Origin: Oculina patagonica
Lineage: Eukaryota
DNA: 64,000 bases
Direction of reading: 5' to 3'
Assembly (NCBI RefSeq): GCF_052425735.1
Contig: NC_135763.1
Span: forward strand, 8,556,001 to 8,620,000
Below, in pieces: positions 51,020 through 63,175 of this stretch. The stretch's first letter is position 1; each line of letters opens with the position of its first letter. The notes beneath the pieces are model-generated. The model did no database searches and was not told where the DNA came from. It saw only the letters and a program-made list of their open reading frames with translations. The position numbers were made by a program, and so were the translations under genes.

Positions 51020-53404
51020 TTTCAGTGCGATCTTTTCTTTATGAGCATGCAAGGAAATGTCTTGTTATGTAACTGACAACCACAATTTATGGTCACATGA
51101 GTACTTTTGTGCTTTAAAGGAAGAACAAGAGCTATCGTTCTCGCAGCTGGTTTTTAACCTGGTCACGGAAGAATACAAATATAATTTGGAAACTGATATT
51201 TTATTAATATGACCTTCTTGGATCTAAATTTGCGGGATAAAAGCACAACCAGATTTATAACTAATTTGATTTGTCCGCTCAAACGATCGAAAACTTCATA
51301 CTCGGATTGTTTTTTTTTATAGATATATGTTTCGAAAACAACTTATGTTTTTGGCATAAGTTGCGTTTTCATCGGCTGCAAAGCCAGTTTAAGGCGGAAT
51401 TTTCTTCATATTTTTCAAATAATTTTAATATTTCTGGCGTTTAAGTTTATGTCTTGTTTTGTTGCGAAAAAATAATATTAACACTTTCAGGTTTTTCACT
51501 TTATCAGAGTTGTGTTAATAAACGGCTTCTTAATACACAAGTGGTGCGACTTTTCTGTTAGTGTGCCGTCGACCAATCCGCGAAAAGTGTTTGCACCGGT
51601 TAATTCTATTGCAAAGCAGTATGTTTTGCGCCTTTTTGTTTTTATAAAAAGGCAGACTTTGGCTACATTTTATATAATCCATAAAATGGAACATCCTGTA
51701 TAACTTCTCGCAGTGAAGAAGGCACTTAACAATGACCAAAGAAAAGCGCTAAACACTGCCTAATAATGTGATACAAAGCCTACAGAACAGCCGCTAATGG
51801 AAAGGACAATTTCATTGCCGGAAGGAATATTCAACATCTTTTGTTTCCAACAAATTAAACGAAAGTTCCAATTTACTACAACATACAGCTATTATAGAGA
51901 CGAAACAATGAATCGATTTTGATACCTCTAACACGAACTGAACGCTGTTATATATTCGTTGCAAAAATGCGCTTCAGTAAAAGAAAGATGTTTAAAAGCC
52001 CACGCATTCGCCAGAACAGATGACAAACTATACATTTCCCGCACATTTGGTTTGCTATGGGCCGGTGGCTAGTAGTCGCATGTTAACAGAGCGTAGTTGT
52101 AATATCAATTTCAAAATGAACCTGTGATACCACCCTTTGTATCCTTTCATTCTCTACAGTGATTTACATATAATTTCTACGGGAATTTTTAAGACAGTAT
52201 TAGTCGTAGTTGAGACGATGAGAATTAATGATTTGATCACCAATTACAAGCAAAATTTATCGTCAAATAATTATACTGACCCTCCTAAAATCCTGTTGTT
52301 CTCTCCTTACAATGCATCGAATATTGCAGCCATGAACCAATACATCAGTGTGGAAGCGACTGAAATCGTCGATGTAATGCAGAGAGACTGAAGAATTGGG
52401 TTTAGGAGCGTCAATAATTATAATAGATAATTACTTCGCTCACAGCATTATTGGGTATATTGCAGGCAGCTTAGGACTACTGCGGCCTCAGCTGTCTAAG
52501 TAATTATCTATCAATCAACCTCTAGCAAACACGGAATAGTTCATAAAATGTATTTGATAAAGATTGGAGAGACGAACGTTTATTCGTTTTTCTCACGATG
52601 GAGTCACTTTTAGGTACTGATTGCTCAGTTTCAACTACTAGTCTTCATCAGGCAATCGGGCAATTTGCGCGATGAACAATGAAGATTGTCTTATGTTAAA
52701 ATCAAATTTTACATCAGCCACCTGTTACGGATTTATTTCAAGGAGTTTTTAAAGCAAACTAGCACGAAACTATAATAATAGAATATTAATTGCTATTACT
52801 GTAAATGGTGTTTTTCGCTCCGTCCATATTAGCTAGTTAAACAAGAAGTTCCCATAAAAAGGGAGCTCAAGCTCACGATATATGATAACCTCAGTCATGT
52901 CGGCGACAAAATATATATAAGGATTTGATAATAAATAGCAATTAAAGTAAAAAAATCAATCATATATTTTCTGTTTTTGACTATCCTTAAAAATTTAAGC
53001 CACATTTCAACCGGTTTTAGTTTTTTAGTTAACTCTGGCAAACGAGGACATAACTGTCACGGATGCATTGTTGCAGACTCAAATGTTTCCCTGTTTTGTC
53101 CCCGCGCGCAACATTCGTTGCGGACACTTTGTGTCCGAGACACAAAAAATGTTTTCGTTTTTTTTTTTTTTTTCAGAAACAGTTTTTGTTGGCAACAAAT
53201 GTTTTTTAGGTTTGCGAAGCATGTAAACAAGACATTTTTTGTGTCCCGCTCGTTTTTCTCGCCCAAAAAACATCACGAGCAATAGTATGTCCGCCTTGTT
53301 TTGCTACAATATTGCACAGGTGAACACAAGCTTCGCTCGATACACACGACAGTCAGGCGAGAGGAAGGCCAAAATTTAAAATAACCGGTCTTACTCGCTC
53401 TAAA

Positions 53405-53782
53405 GGCCTGGATAAACTAGAAAAAAATTGTTGCGGAAACATTGTTCTTTGTCATCTTTCCTAGGTGGCTTAATGAGCGGGAAGCAAGGAAAATGTTTTG
53501 CTGCCTGGGTGGTTAAACGAGGAAACAATGTTCTGTGAACAAAGTGTCACGCATGCGCACAAACTAGTCAACATTCATGGTGGCTAAACTGGGCAACATA
53601 TGTTCAAAACAGCAAAATTTGTGTCCGGGAAGCAAAAATTTTTTTACTTGAGGCAGAAACATTTTTTGTTTCCGTAAAGCAAAATTTGTTTCCGCAACAT
53701 ATGTTTCCCGCGTGGCTAAACTGGGCAACATTTGCGTTCGCAATAATGTTTCCGCAACAATGTTTCCTAGCTTAGCCAGGCC
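53405..53782. mobile_element. GGCC-ended (PIF/Harbinger-like) MITE, nested in a related element (~53035-54013)
   Basis: TIR GGCCTGGATAAACTAGAAAAAAATTGTTGCGGAAACATT / AATGTTTCCGCAACAATGTTTCCTAGCTTAGCCAGGCC. Confidence 0.75.
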
Positions 53783-54361
53783 ATAAAACTTGCATGTGTG
53801 TGTTTAGTACGTTTTCCTTATCAAGCATACAGGTGTACAATTGAAATGGGATGTTTTTGCATAATAATTTTTATTTTATACTCAGAAGCACAGTTTTACA
53901 AGTTTCACAGTACACAATTTAACCATTTAATTCTTAACCGTTTTTTTTGCATTGATGAAACATGCGCGCGCTACGAGTTCTTCTGAAAACATGTTTCCTC
54001 GTTTTGCCAGGCCTTTTGAGACCCTTGGTATGAATAGACTTGGCGAACTTCATCACTTCAGTGACATATTAAAGTTCACGTTGATTGCATAAGCGGATCC
54101 TTACCTTTCCGTTCAAAGTTTAGTCAGGGACATGACTTTGAATAAGAAAATATTTGAAAGACTTTCTAGTTACTTTTTAGTTCTTAAAGAAACATCCTGT
54201 TGCAAATGTAAACTTCACTTTGTTGCTACGAGATGTCATCATAGATTGCAACGTAAAGCGCGCGACTTTACGCGTATACGCGCGACAACAATCGCGCGCG
54301 ACTGGTCCGCGCGTCTTTAATCCACGCCTGTCATGTTGTTAGCCAGCGGTTGTAACCACTT

Positions 54362-54375
54362 GTTGTCATGGTAAT
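54362..54375. promoter_or_regulatory. RFX X-box in the PIFO promoter
   Basis: GTTGTCATGGTAAT, ~83 bp upstream of the ATG of a ciliary gene; this is the typical position for X-boxes. Confidence 0.6.
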
Positions 54376-54457
54376 ACTGCGATCGGTGTGACAAACAGCA
54401 GTGTTCATTTGTGAAGGACTCTATTTGACTTTTTGGCCGAAAGGAAACTTTTAAATC

Positions 54458-57400
54458 ATGGCTACAAACAACGGTATGTTCCCTAGCGATTTGTTTTGCG
54501 GCGTTCATCGGCTTATAGTAACTGACAGAGCTTTATTTTTTTTCGTAGCTCGAAGAGCAGTGGCGTTTGGAACAACTCTAGATCGCGAACTCTTGCCGCT
54601 AAAAGTTCCGCCAAACCGGTTCGGCAATGAACTTGCTTTACGAGGCGCTCCGAATCGCGGTCCAGGATGTTACGATAATGCTGAGGTAATGAAAGTTGTT
54701 GCTTAGTCATTTCTGCTTTGTGTTGATAACACTGATCTCCTCTAAGAGAAATGAGTGCAATTGTTCGTGAACTGCACCGTAGTCGGCAAACGCTTGTGCA
54801 GGAACGCGTGTAGGATATTTGAAACACGATTCTTAGCAGAAAGTTCTTTCTGTGTTTTCCAAGAACGAACCTTTAATAATTTCGATAGACGATTAAGGAA
54901 TAACATTTTATTTCCACGTATACAACATTAAGTGAATGTACATGTACTACATTTCGAGATCAAAGCATATAATAGTTTGTGAGTGTTTTTATATTAAAAG
55001 GCGCGTTGTTGATGAAGTGTTCTGTTGATTAGCCAACTGGCTAGATGGAGCAGGAATTCACGTTTTTTTTTTTTGTTTAATTGCCTCAACAGGTCAGTGG
55101 GTTTATCTATGAACTTGAAGGTAGACCCGTATGCAGAAGAGGCTACTCAGTGGGAGCCAGAACTGCTCCAAGATTTCCTAAACCAGCTCATGTAAGTTTC
55201 CTTTGGTATCCGGTCACGGCCTCGCCACCAGGGAATCTCGCCACCAACCAACTCTCCACCAAAACTAGCCTGCGTCGCAGACGTAACCTAACCCCGGCCA
55301 GGATTAAGTTTCGTCTGCGGCGGAGGCTACACCAAAACTGGTGTATTTCTTGTCCTTTAATCCATGAGCCGAGATGACTTTGCTTGGTGGCGAGATTGCT
55401 TGTTGGCGAGGTGTGCCAAAAGTCAGAACACACAAAGGGGACATCAAATCAAACTGGTTTGATTTGGGAAAAATGTACCAGAAGATTATTTACCCCCTAA
55501 AACTGTGATAACTATTTATTTGTCTGCTTGTTTTTGCTGATTGTCAGAGAATTCTCTGCGATTGAAAAAAGCAAAACAATCATACATGCAGAGAGGGGTC
55601 AGGTGAATGGTCTTCCAAAGAATACAACTCTTGCAAAATTCTAGTCTTATTTCACAGTTCTTTCCATCTCAAATTTTTCCCCAATACTAACGTGGAGTCT
55701 TGATTTCTTTTACAAGGCTTTAAGAGTCTTGGGCTTGCTGGAACTATATAAGTCTCGCTGTCTTACAAAGACCGGAATTTACCATTCACTGCCCTACAGG
55801 GTGACACTCAATGGCCCTTGCAACTATTCCCTTTATTTTGGCACGGCAAAAACTTATCCCTGGTTCCCTCATGTAAATACTGCAAGAGATTTGTTTTCTT
55901 GATAATACTCCTTGTGTATGCTAACCCGGGGGGGGGGGGGGGGGGGCACTCAAAAAAGTTTTATACGGGGAGGCTCCGCCCCGAGCTCTGACTTCCTTTC
56001 TTATACCATTTTTGACAGAAATTGTACCCCTTTCGTATACCATTTACTGAAAAAGGGTACCCCTTTCATATACCTAAAAGACATGGCATAGACTTAGAAC
56101 AGGACGTTTTCTTGTCATTTTCGCGTAGCGCTTAATACATTAAAATAATACAGCCGTAAATTGCGTCTTTTAAATACCTAAATGACAGATTTCCATACCC
56201 TTTTGTCTACCAAAACTTGTAAAATCCCTACCCTTTCATATACCTTAAGCCTGAAAAGGGGTAGGTAACCCCTTTCGGGCGGAGCCTCCCCGTATAGGCC
56301 ATTATAGGGAGTACCCCCCCCCCCCCCCCCGGATGCTAACCGTTACTGTGTAGGAGTAAAAAAGGCAGAATAGGAATTAACTTCCTCATATAGGCTACCT
56401 ACCACCATTCCTTGTTAGACTTTTGCCACCTCACCAAGGATAGGTAATGCACTAGGAGGGTGGTGCCTTATTATTTTTCAAGAACACATTGCACAAAAAC
56501 CCTGATCATGGCTATACAGGTATGTGCAGCTGGATGGCCATTTAGTCCAAGATGGGGTTGCTGAATAGGAAAAATTATGACAATTTTGTACCTTTCTGCT
56601 TATCTAAACAGGTCATTTTGAAATGTGGAAATTTAAAAAATACAGTGGAACCCCGCTTTACGGACACCCGCTTAATACGGACACCCCGGTATTACGGACA
56701 GTTTCGTTGGGCCCGACGAAAACCTCATACATTTTCTCGTAAATTAACCCGCTTAATACGGACAACGGACACTTTTCCGTGTCCCGAGTAACAAACTCTT
56801 ATACATTTTAAACCCCGCTTTACGGACACTGTTTATCTGTGCACCGACAATTTTCATTGTCGCGATTATTTGCTCACTTGAAGACACTGGACCCTAGACA
56901 AATAATGACAGAATTCGAAGAGTAACCCATTTTATTTCAAAGAGTAGCTTAATAGCGTGACTTACGGTGTTTGAACCTTGTACTGTTTTCCGGCTGACTG
57001 CTATTCCTATTTAAAAGTTTCACTTTCTTTGCTTAAAGCTTCCGTGCAAAGTAAAGTTACGGACTCTTTCAAATGAGTTTGTAGAGTTTGAGAACGGTTA
57101 CGGTCAGAGTTTTAGTTACAAAGGAAACTTTATAGAAAACGTTCTGTTGTTGCTAAAATACGTTTTATTTCTTGTATATAGTAAAGTTGCGACATTTTCA
57201 AATTATTCCACTGTTGAGTTTATTAATAGTTCGAGTGTATCACTAGATTGTAGGTTTTTTATAAAAACTATGAATTTTAGTCAGAGAGTTCACAGTTTGC
57301 ATTTGTTACTGTTACAGTACAATTAAATAACGTTTTGTTGCCGATAAAACATGTATCAGTGACTTTTTTCGGAGACCCCGCTTAATACGGACACCCCGTT

Positions 57401-60400
57401 AATATGGACAATTTGGCCTGTCCCCTTGGTGTCCGTATTAACGGGGTTCCACTGTAACATAGATTGTGTTGTATTGTGGAAAAATTTCAATGTAAAAACA
57501 TCCTGTACTCTTCTGGTCTGAGATGGTGTATGCAATTTAACTCTGTAGTCTAAGATGGGGTACACTCTTTTTATTTTATCAAAATCTAGTTTATAAGAAC
57601 ATTGAGGCTGAAATTTGCGAATTTTTAAGAATATTTTAAGAATAAACCTGAGGCTGAGATTTTGAAAAGAATATAGTTTTTAGTTGAAACAAAATCAGGT
57701 ATTTTCATTTCCGTCATTTTATCTCTGTGAGGAATGCTTTGTTTAGAGCCAAAACGGCCAGGCTGCAACGAAAAGACCGAAAAACAATGGTTCAAATGCA
57801 CAATGTAACACGATATAGATCTGGACACCAACCACTTGTAATTGATTACCCAATACTTGCCAGAACGGAGATGTCTAACGGTATTTTCTAAGAATGTTCA
57901 TAAGAATATTTTCAGCCTAAAATCGGCAGAAAAATAAAAATATTCAGCCTGGGCCGGTAAAATTGTATTCTTATAAAAAAAGAGTGTAGCAAATTTGAGC
58001 TTTTTTGGTCTGAGATGGGCTAGGGATCCCCTAGATCCTAACCGAGCAGCTCCACCCAAACTTTTTCAAGTACCCCTTGGGTACTCCTTGGACCTCTTGA
58101 TTCAAAGTTTTCTGATCTAAACATTAGGCCACTGCACTTCTTACTTCTGAGCACCTCTTTTCCAGACTATTCATGTATGTTGAAATGATAATCTATCGTT
58201 ATTGTATAGAACTTCCATATTTCCTTGTTAGCGACTAGTAAAATTACTAATTTTAAAAACACAAAACAACTTTTTAAAGACATGTTTCGGCATGACTCAT
58301 GCCATCTTCAGTTTATTGAGAATTTAAAATCTAGGGCTATATATATACCCAAGCTACAAATACAAAAATAGAAATGTATACAAAGTAAAATTACAATAAC
58401 AAAAGATAACATGAAATTTATATGTTTCCTACATGTAGATGGATGTCCCAGGGCCACCAACCTATCAAGAGATCATTAGCAAACCAATTCACTTTGATGA
58501 AGCATTCAAGTCCTTTAATGTTGGAGCTACAAGATTTCCACCAATTAATAAGGTAAAGTGTGTACTGAAAGTGTACTTTTGTGGCTTTTCGTATGCTTAG
58601 AGGAAATTGGGCTTAGTATTGGAGTGTATTAGACTGACTCCAAAATGTTTCTTTTTTTAGGGAGTGGGGGGAGGGATTTCACCTCTAAATGCAATGTAAA
58701 AGTTCTACTAGATTACTGTATACCTTCAAGAGCCAAACTTGGTCCAAATTTTTTTCTTTTGATATGAGGCTGACAAACTTTCATGCCATTTCTCTGTGTA
58801 AATCAAGTAAATGTTGATGGATAAAATAATTTGTTGATGAATAAAATAATTTGTACATGTATGCAGTGTATTGAGTGTGTTGTTCTGTAACTAATATGAA
58901 CCTACATTTTCGTTTTTCAGGATCATGCTCGCCCTGGGTAAGGACAATGTTTCTTGGTTCTTGTACTTTGTAACATGTTGCACACAAGTAATTATTTTCT
59001 AAATAAGGCAATTTTGACAGCACTAAAAGAATATAATTATGTTTCCCAAGGGGTAAAAAATAATGTAAATAAAGGTAGAGAACAACTACCGGTACTGTGT
59101 TGAATGATTGTTCAACAAAAGTTATGTTATCTTATTATAGCGTGACATCCAATATCCAATTTCCAATACTTATCGCAAGCGAGTAAGGTCAAATGCCCAT
59201 TGTATTATGTAGCAATGTCTGTTTACTGAATCTAATAGATAGTGTGTCTCTTTTGTTTATACTTTGTATTAATTTATTCCTCTCTTATTGTCTGGGAGTA
59301 TTTTGCTTTGTGTTCTACGTGGCGATTTCTTGTTGAGTTAAACTTGATCTCTGTTCACATAACATTTTTTTCCTGTCCTATTTGGTTCTATTGATTGGTT
59401 GATCTAACAGAACCAGTCGACGCCTCATGGCATAAAGCGATAAGAAAAAGGCTGAAGATTTGTGTTTACACACTTGGTGTCCCAAATGTAGCTCTGTGCC
59501 CAGAGACTACACAGAACTCCCAACATTAACCCAGCACCTCTACAGGGGTGTCAGATGGTAAATGTAAGACTTTGCGAGGACGGAGAGACAGATATCTTTT
59601 CTGCGAGCCCGAGACCTTTTTAGCCTTGCAAAAGAAATGATGACCTCGAGAAGGCGTGAAAGAAAAAATTCGAGACGACGAGACCCTTGAAATTTGGCTA
59701 AAATTTTGCGAGACCCACTTTTTTGAAGGACCTTTCACCACCCCTCTCTTCCAGACCTCTGTTTCCTTGGCTTCAGTAAACTGTAGCTGCTATAATTGTT
59801 TTTTTAGGGATAGGGAAATTGTTTGCACTATTTAGTATATCAGAAAAAAAAATGTTGAGGTATCCATGGCAGAATAATGATTTATGAAAAGAATGTTTTT
59901 ACGCAGACCTGGAGCTTATGAGTTTGATGCTAAAAGAGATAGAAAGGTGAAGTTTCATGGCTCATTTGGTGGACCACAGACGCTCATAACGTCAGTTACA
60001 ATCAAGTGTAATGAATTTGGAGAACCTGACATTGTAAGTATCCACGGATCTATGTCAGCAAATTGCTTAATTGTTGAGCTTGGATATTGGTATTCATTTT
60101 TTCAAGGGGTAAGAGACTAAAATCATTGACAAAAGTGTTGACACATAATCAATTTAGGCCCTATTTTATTGTTAATTGGACTAATTTCATCCTTTTGCCC
60201 CACTTTGCCAACCCCCTTCCCCCTATCAATGTTGTAGTTTGTTTCTAGTAGCCCTTTGCAACAATGTTACAACATTGGATTAGCAGACAGTCATGAAATT
60301 TAAAAACTTGTGGTAAATTTACCATAATTACAGCAGAGCGAAGTCAGTGTGTCAACTACTTTTGTCAAAGATTGTAGAAATTGTTCGCAATAATACATCA

Positions 60401-61835
60401 TTAAATACAATCACATGTACAATGTTTTAACTAATATCTCTCAAATAGCATGCAGGCTGCGACTGGTCAATTTTATGGGTCATATTCTACACTTAGGCGT
60501 GCTTCAGGCATGCTTGACTTGAAATGTTATCCTTTCTCTAGATTGAGAGATATAATTCTTTGTTTTCAAATCTGTTGTGTTCTGTTTGTGTGTGCTTACT
60601 AACTGGTATATTTTGCTGTTAAAATTGCAGTGTAATTCGTGCAAGAACCCTCCTGTCGGCGATTACTTTGAATACAAAAAAGTTCATCTTTGTCGGAGAT
60701 GTTACAATCACCATTTAACAACAGGAGAAAAATATTCAAAAGGGTAAGTACCTTAACTGAATTGCACAAGCTTTGGAGGAATTTTATAAGTATCTTATTT
60801 TAGACAAGTTGTGTTAATGCTAAAGCTGGAGAAAAATTTTTACCTGTGCTCTCTTTGGCTGTGTCAAAGCAAGGCCTGGGCTATAAACATCCTGCTTTAT
60901 GCACCTGAAAAATTCCATGCTATTGCTCGGTTTTGAATAGTTGTGTACAAACAACAGCCAATCGAGTTGCATTATCAACAAGGAAGTTTATGGGTTGAAT
61001 GTCAGTATCTCTCTAGTGGATAAAGAACAGGGCATGCAAAAGAAAAACATCTGTTTACTCAAGTTTGGCAAAGTTAATTATCTAATATATCTTTGTACTC
61101 ATTGCGGACCTATGATGCTAGATTATTCTTGTTTTTGAAATCTCTTCTCTTTTTACAGTTATCTTCAATCATTCTACAAAGTCAGGGACTGTTCAAACAT
61201 TCATAATCATGAAGGAACAAATGCAAGATTAATGGTAAGGACAAATGGACCTGATCATTGCAGAGAAAAATGCCTTGTGGTTTCTTAAGCCAAGGGCTAA
61301 TGAGCCTCTTGCTTTAAACTTGTTTTATGTCATAATTTGAACAAAACCTGATTCTCTCTATATAGTCACCAGGGCTTACTATAAGAGCATTTGAAAAAGA
61401 TGTATGTTTACAAAGACCATTAACATCTTGGAAACCCTTTTCTGCTAAAAGACTCCTTTGAATCTTAAAGGTGCCATGGCCAACAAACATAATATTTTCT
61501 AATAACCCTATGTTGCTTTAAAATAATCCTGGAGAGCTTTTGACTAAGTAACCAAAAGTAACCGCCGTGAACACAAAATAATCGCTAAGCCCTTCCGCAG
61601 AGATCGAATAAGCTTTACCCATTATTTAGAACAAAAACACTAACAAACAAATAAACAAACAAAGGGAAACAAACAAATACTCTAAGAATACAAAATCACA
61701 ACAGTGTAATTAAAAGTAAAAATAACTGTTCGACTTCTAACATGCTTTTAATATCTTTGACGTTCACAGCTGAAAACAGAACGAGACATCAAGAAACAAA
61801 GATTTAGAGAGGCGTACATGAGCTTGTACTTCTAG
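54458..61835 (+). CDS. PIFO: Pitchfork / ciliary microtubule-associated protein 3 homologue, ~254 aa; exons 54458-54473, 54549-54685, 55093-55191, 58439-58552, 58921-58937, 59907-60033, 60631-60743, 61159-61234, 61770-61835
   Basis: AFGTTLDRELLP...LRGAPNRGPGCY, RGYSVGARTAPRF, PGPPTYQ, FNVGATRF, PGPGAY and the C-terminus KKQRFREAYMSLYF* are colinear with vertebrate PIFO/CIMAP3 as I recall it (PFGT..LRGSPHRGPGCY, GYTLGARTAVRF, PGAY, RVAYLSLYY). All eight introns are GT-AG with consistent phases; total 765 nt. Confidence 0.88.
55266..55329. mobile_element. 64-bp TAG...CTA mini-MITE with 9-bp TSD, nested in another small inverted-repeat element (~55210-55415)
   Basis: TIR TAGCCTGCGTCGCAGACG / CGTCTGCGGCGGAGGCTA; TSD CACCAAAAC (55257-55265 and 55330-55338). 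Confidence 0.85.
55926..56332. mobile_element. CCGGGGG...CCCCGG non-autonomous DNA transposon with 8-bp TSD
   Basis: Subterminal IR TATACGGGGAGGCTCCGCCC / GGGCGGAGCCTCCCCGTATA; TSD ATGCTAAC (55918-55925 and 56333-56340). Confidence 0.85.
56641..57456. mobile_element. Tc1/mariner/pogo-like MITE
   Basis: TACAGTGGAACCCCGCTTTACGGACACC / GGTGTCCGTATTAACGGGGTTCCACTGTA; TA flanks; repeated TAATACGGAC. Confidence 0.85.
57561..57988. mobile_element. MITE with TACACTCTTTTT...AAAAAGAGTGTA ends
   Basis: TIRs plus internal TAAGAA and AGGCTGA repeats. A similar element starting ~38717 appears to host the DIRS insertion. Confidence 0.75.
58275..58315 (-). ncRNA. Minimal type I hammerhead ribozyme (Penelope-like element type)
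   Basis: The minus strand reads UAAA-CUGAAGA-U-GGCAUG-AGU-CAUGCC-GAAA-CAUGUC-UUUA. It has an intact CUGAnGA/GAAA/GUC core, a 6-bp stem II, a palindromic ACAUGU stem III and a 4-bp stem I. Confidence 0.75.
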
Positions 61836-62223
61836 CCACAGATAACGTGAACATTTTATTACCGAATTGGGGCGAAAGAATTTTATTGTAAATATGTAAA
61901 TTGCGCTGTGGAACACGTATTTATGTAATATCACTATATAAGGTTGTATACACTATTTTTTGATGATTAGTTAGATATACTAGTTTGTCTTGTTAGCAAA
62001 AAATTCATTGTCTTAAGGCTCGTCCAGCCTCCTTCCAGTTCAGGCGTTATAAATAAAATAACAACTGTTATTGTGGACACATTAAAGTTGACAAGTAAAA
62101 AAGAATAAAGGAAATGAATGAATGACCTTTTTTTTGTTGTTTCACAAACCCGTTCAAACGCTAAGTGACGGCTGTGACTGTAGCTAGCCAGTTTGTACCT
62201 TACTAACATTCCAACTCGAAGCC

Positions 62224-62530
62224 CCCAGGGGGGGTACTTGCAGTATTCATGACGGGGGGGTCCGACGGAGCTTCATATTGCGAACCCAAAAAAATACGCG
62301 AGCCTGAAATTTTACACCCAAAAAAATACCTGGCATCAAAATTTTCTACCCCAAAAAGTACAAGACCTAGCACCTCGATACTGATTTATTCAATCAAACA
62401 GACTTTAAGACCTAAAAAAATACATGACAGATCTCTGACAGACCTTAAAAAATACCAAGGGTGTAAATTTTCGACCCAAAAAAATACGTCGGACCTCCCC
62501 GTCATGTATACTGCAAGTACCCCCCCTGGG
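62224..62530. mobile_element. CCCAGGGGG...CCCCCTGGG non-autonomous DNA transposon with 8-bp TSD
   Basis: ~45-bp TIR GGGGTACTTGCAGTATTCATGACGGGG...GGTCCGACG and its inverse; TSD TCGAAGCC (62216-62223 and 62531-62538). Confidence 0.88.
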
Positions 62531-62588
62531 TCGAAGCCATTTTAAAGCTTAGTTGCTGCTGTTCAGCAAATCATTTATCGCGTGCTTA

Positions 62589-63175
62589 AAGGCTATGTTA
62601 CATGAGGCAATTTCCTTGCACTTTGCAACGCAACGATGACCACTGGAAACATCGCAAGTTACAGAGGGGGTGTCACACGTTGGCACATTTTTTTCGAAAC
62701 TTGGAACGCATCCCGCGAGCAAAGGACACGCTCTGATTGGCTCGTTTTAAAATGATTAATAAATTGCTAATATTGAGGATAGTTAAGGCCATGTTACACG
62801 AGAAATTTTCCTTGCAACTTGCAACGCAACAATGACGACTGAAAAACATTGCAAGATGGGGATGTCACACGCTCGTAATTCAGTTCTGTTTGCTGCAACG
62901 CACCCGCTGTAGCTTATCATATTGAAATCTCCAGTGAGTGAAGGACGTACTCTGATTGGCTCATTTTGATAAAATTACGTTGCAAGTAGCGATTGACATG
63001 TCACACGCAGCATTTTGTCTCGCAAAGTTGCGAAAAGTAGAGCATAGTTCTACTTTTCTTGCAACTTGCAAGGCAAGATAATGCTACAGGTTGCAAAAAT
63101 GGAGTGCTACATGTAAATTTTTCTTTAGCAACTGGCAATGCAACGTTTGTTGCGTTGCAAGTGGCAGGAAAAATG
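62589..63175. mobile_element. Two tandem partial copies of an AAGGCYATGTTACA-starting (Harbinger-like) repeat
   Basis: Copies start at ~62589 and ~62784 and share ATTTCCTTGCA..TTGCAACGCAAC and CTCTGATTGGCTC. Confidence 0.6.
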
